DNA of 26,572 nucleotides from Phycisphaerae bacterium (GTDB lineage Bacteria; Planctomycetota; Phycisphaerae; UBA1845): NCBI GenBank assembly GCA_041748515.1, contig JBGTDB010000324.1, positions 1 to 26,572 of the forward strand, read 5' to 3'. Shown piece by piece: positions 26,008 to 26,572 of this stretch (position 1 is its first letter; each line of letters starts with the position of its first letter). The notes under the pieces were generated by a model. It saw only the letters and a program-made list of their open reading frames with translations, ran no database searches and was not told where the DNA came from. The position numbers and the translations under genes were made by a program.

Positions 26008-26572
26008 CTTGCGGCCGGGAGGCGACGGACATGCCCGACGAGGGGAAGCGGATCTGCACGCAACACAACGCCTGTTACGAGCGTGCGGTGATCGGTCAGG
26101 AGGTAGCTTGTCCCTCGCCCTGTTGAGCGAATTCGGAGAGACTCGCGTAGATACTCGCCCTTCCGTTAACGGCCCGATTCGCCGAAATACGCTTTAATGC
26201 GTAGTTACGCGGCTTAATGCGCTGCCGTTTGCACTGTTGGGTTGGGATCCCGCGCACGTGCGACGCGGAGTTAATGATTACCCGGCACACTTTTTGCACG
26301 GTGCGCTGTCGGTTGCTATCGCGCACACGCGCGAAGCGAATTTGGCTGGCCGAAGCGGCGAGCCCGTTCAATTCCGCAGAATCCTCCCGTCGGCGCGATT
26401 GAGCATACGGTGGGACCGATCAGCCGGGAGGGTAGCTTGGCTGCGCATTTTCCGCTTCTCGCGCGTGTAGGACGCATCCCGTCGTCCGTTGAGGGCGAGA
26501 ATTCGGCGGGGCGTATTCTTCCTTTCGCAACGCATCGACGCGCATTGCTTAGCAACCGACTGCGAATCATTG

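Larger units (their letters stand above)
24109..26572. mobile_element. Left end of a Prim-Pol-encoding integrative element (satellite/plasmid-like); continues beyond the window
   Basis: att core, arm-like repeat, small phage-type Cys protein and bifunctional primase-polymerase, all on the + strand. Confidence 0.7.

Overview
GC-rich bacterial DNA, probably Planctomycetota/Phycisphaerae. This is inferred from a zf-HC2/Ser-Thr kinase/TPR protein, an 'RGWEW' kinase-WD40 remnant and a 'DGTG..LYVGG' secreted-protein remnant. Bases 1-17036 are intact, ordinary chromosome: a partial lipoprotein, a DinB protein, a two-chain 2-oxoacid:ferredoxin oxidoreductase, Nudix, murJ, DUF2179, a coupled MTase-asnB-GT2-MTase operon, DUF4287/5655, a degenerate HAD protein and a Ser/Thr kinase. 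From about 17040 the window becomes a decayed accessory region. It holds stumps of a secreted protein, a kinase-WD40 protein, MerR, LigD, an alphaCTD-like protein and a type II Wadjet jetA, and only two Fic genes remain intact up to 24108. Two identical 24-bp repeats (21461-21484, 24109-24132) match the T-loop/acceptor 3' end of tmRNA (tRNA-Ala not excluded) on the minus strand. They mark a tandem array of islands: a 2.65-kb integrase-less unit carrying a Fic gene, then the left end of a Prim-Pol element that runs off the window. The most interesting signals are an ORF whose ATG lies inside the att core, 29-bp dyads and tandem arm-like repeats beside both cores, and a triple GGCTA-type repeat upstream of both Fic genes. 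All family assignments come from motif recognition by eye; no searches were run.
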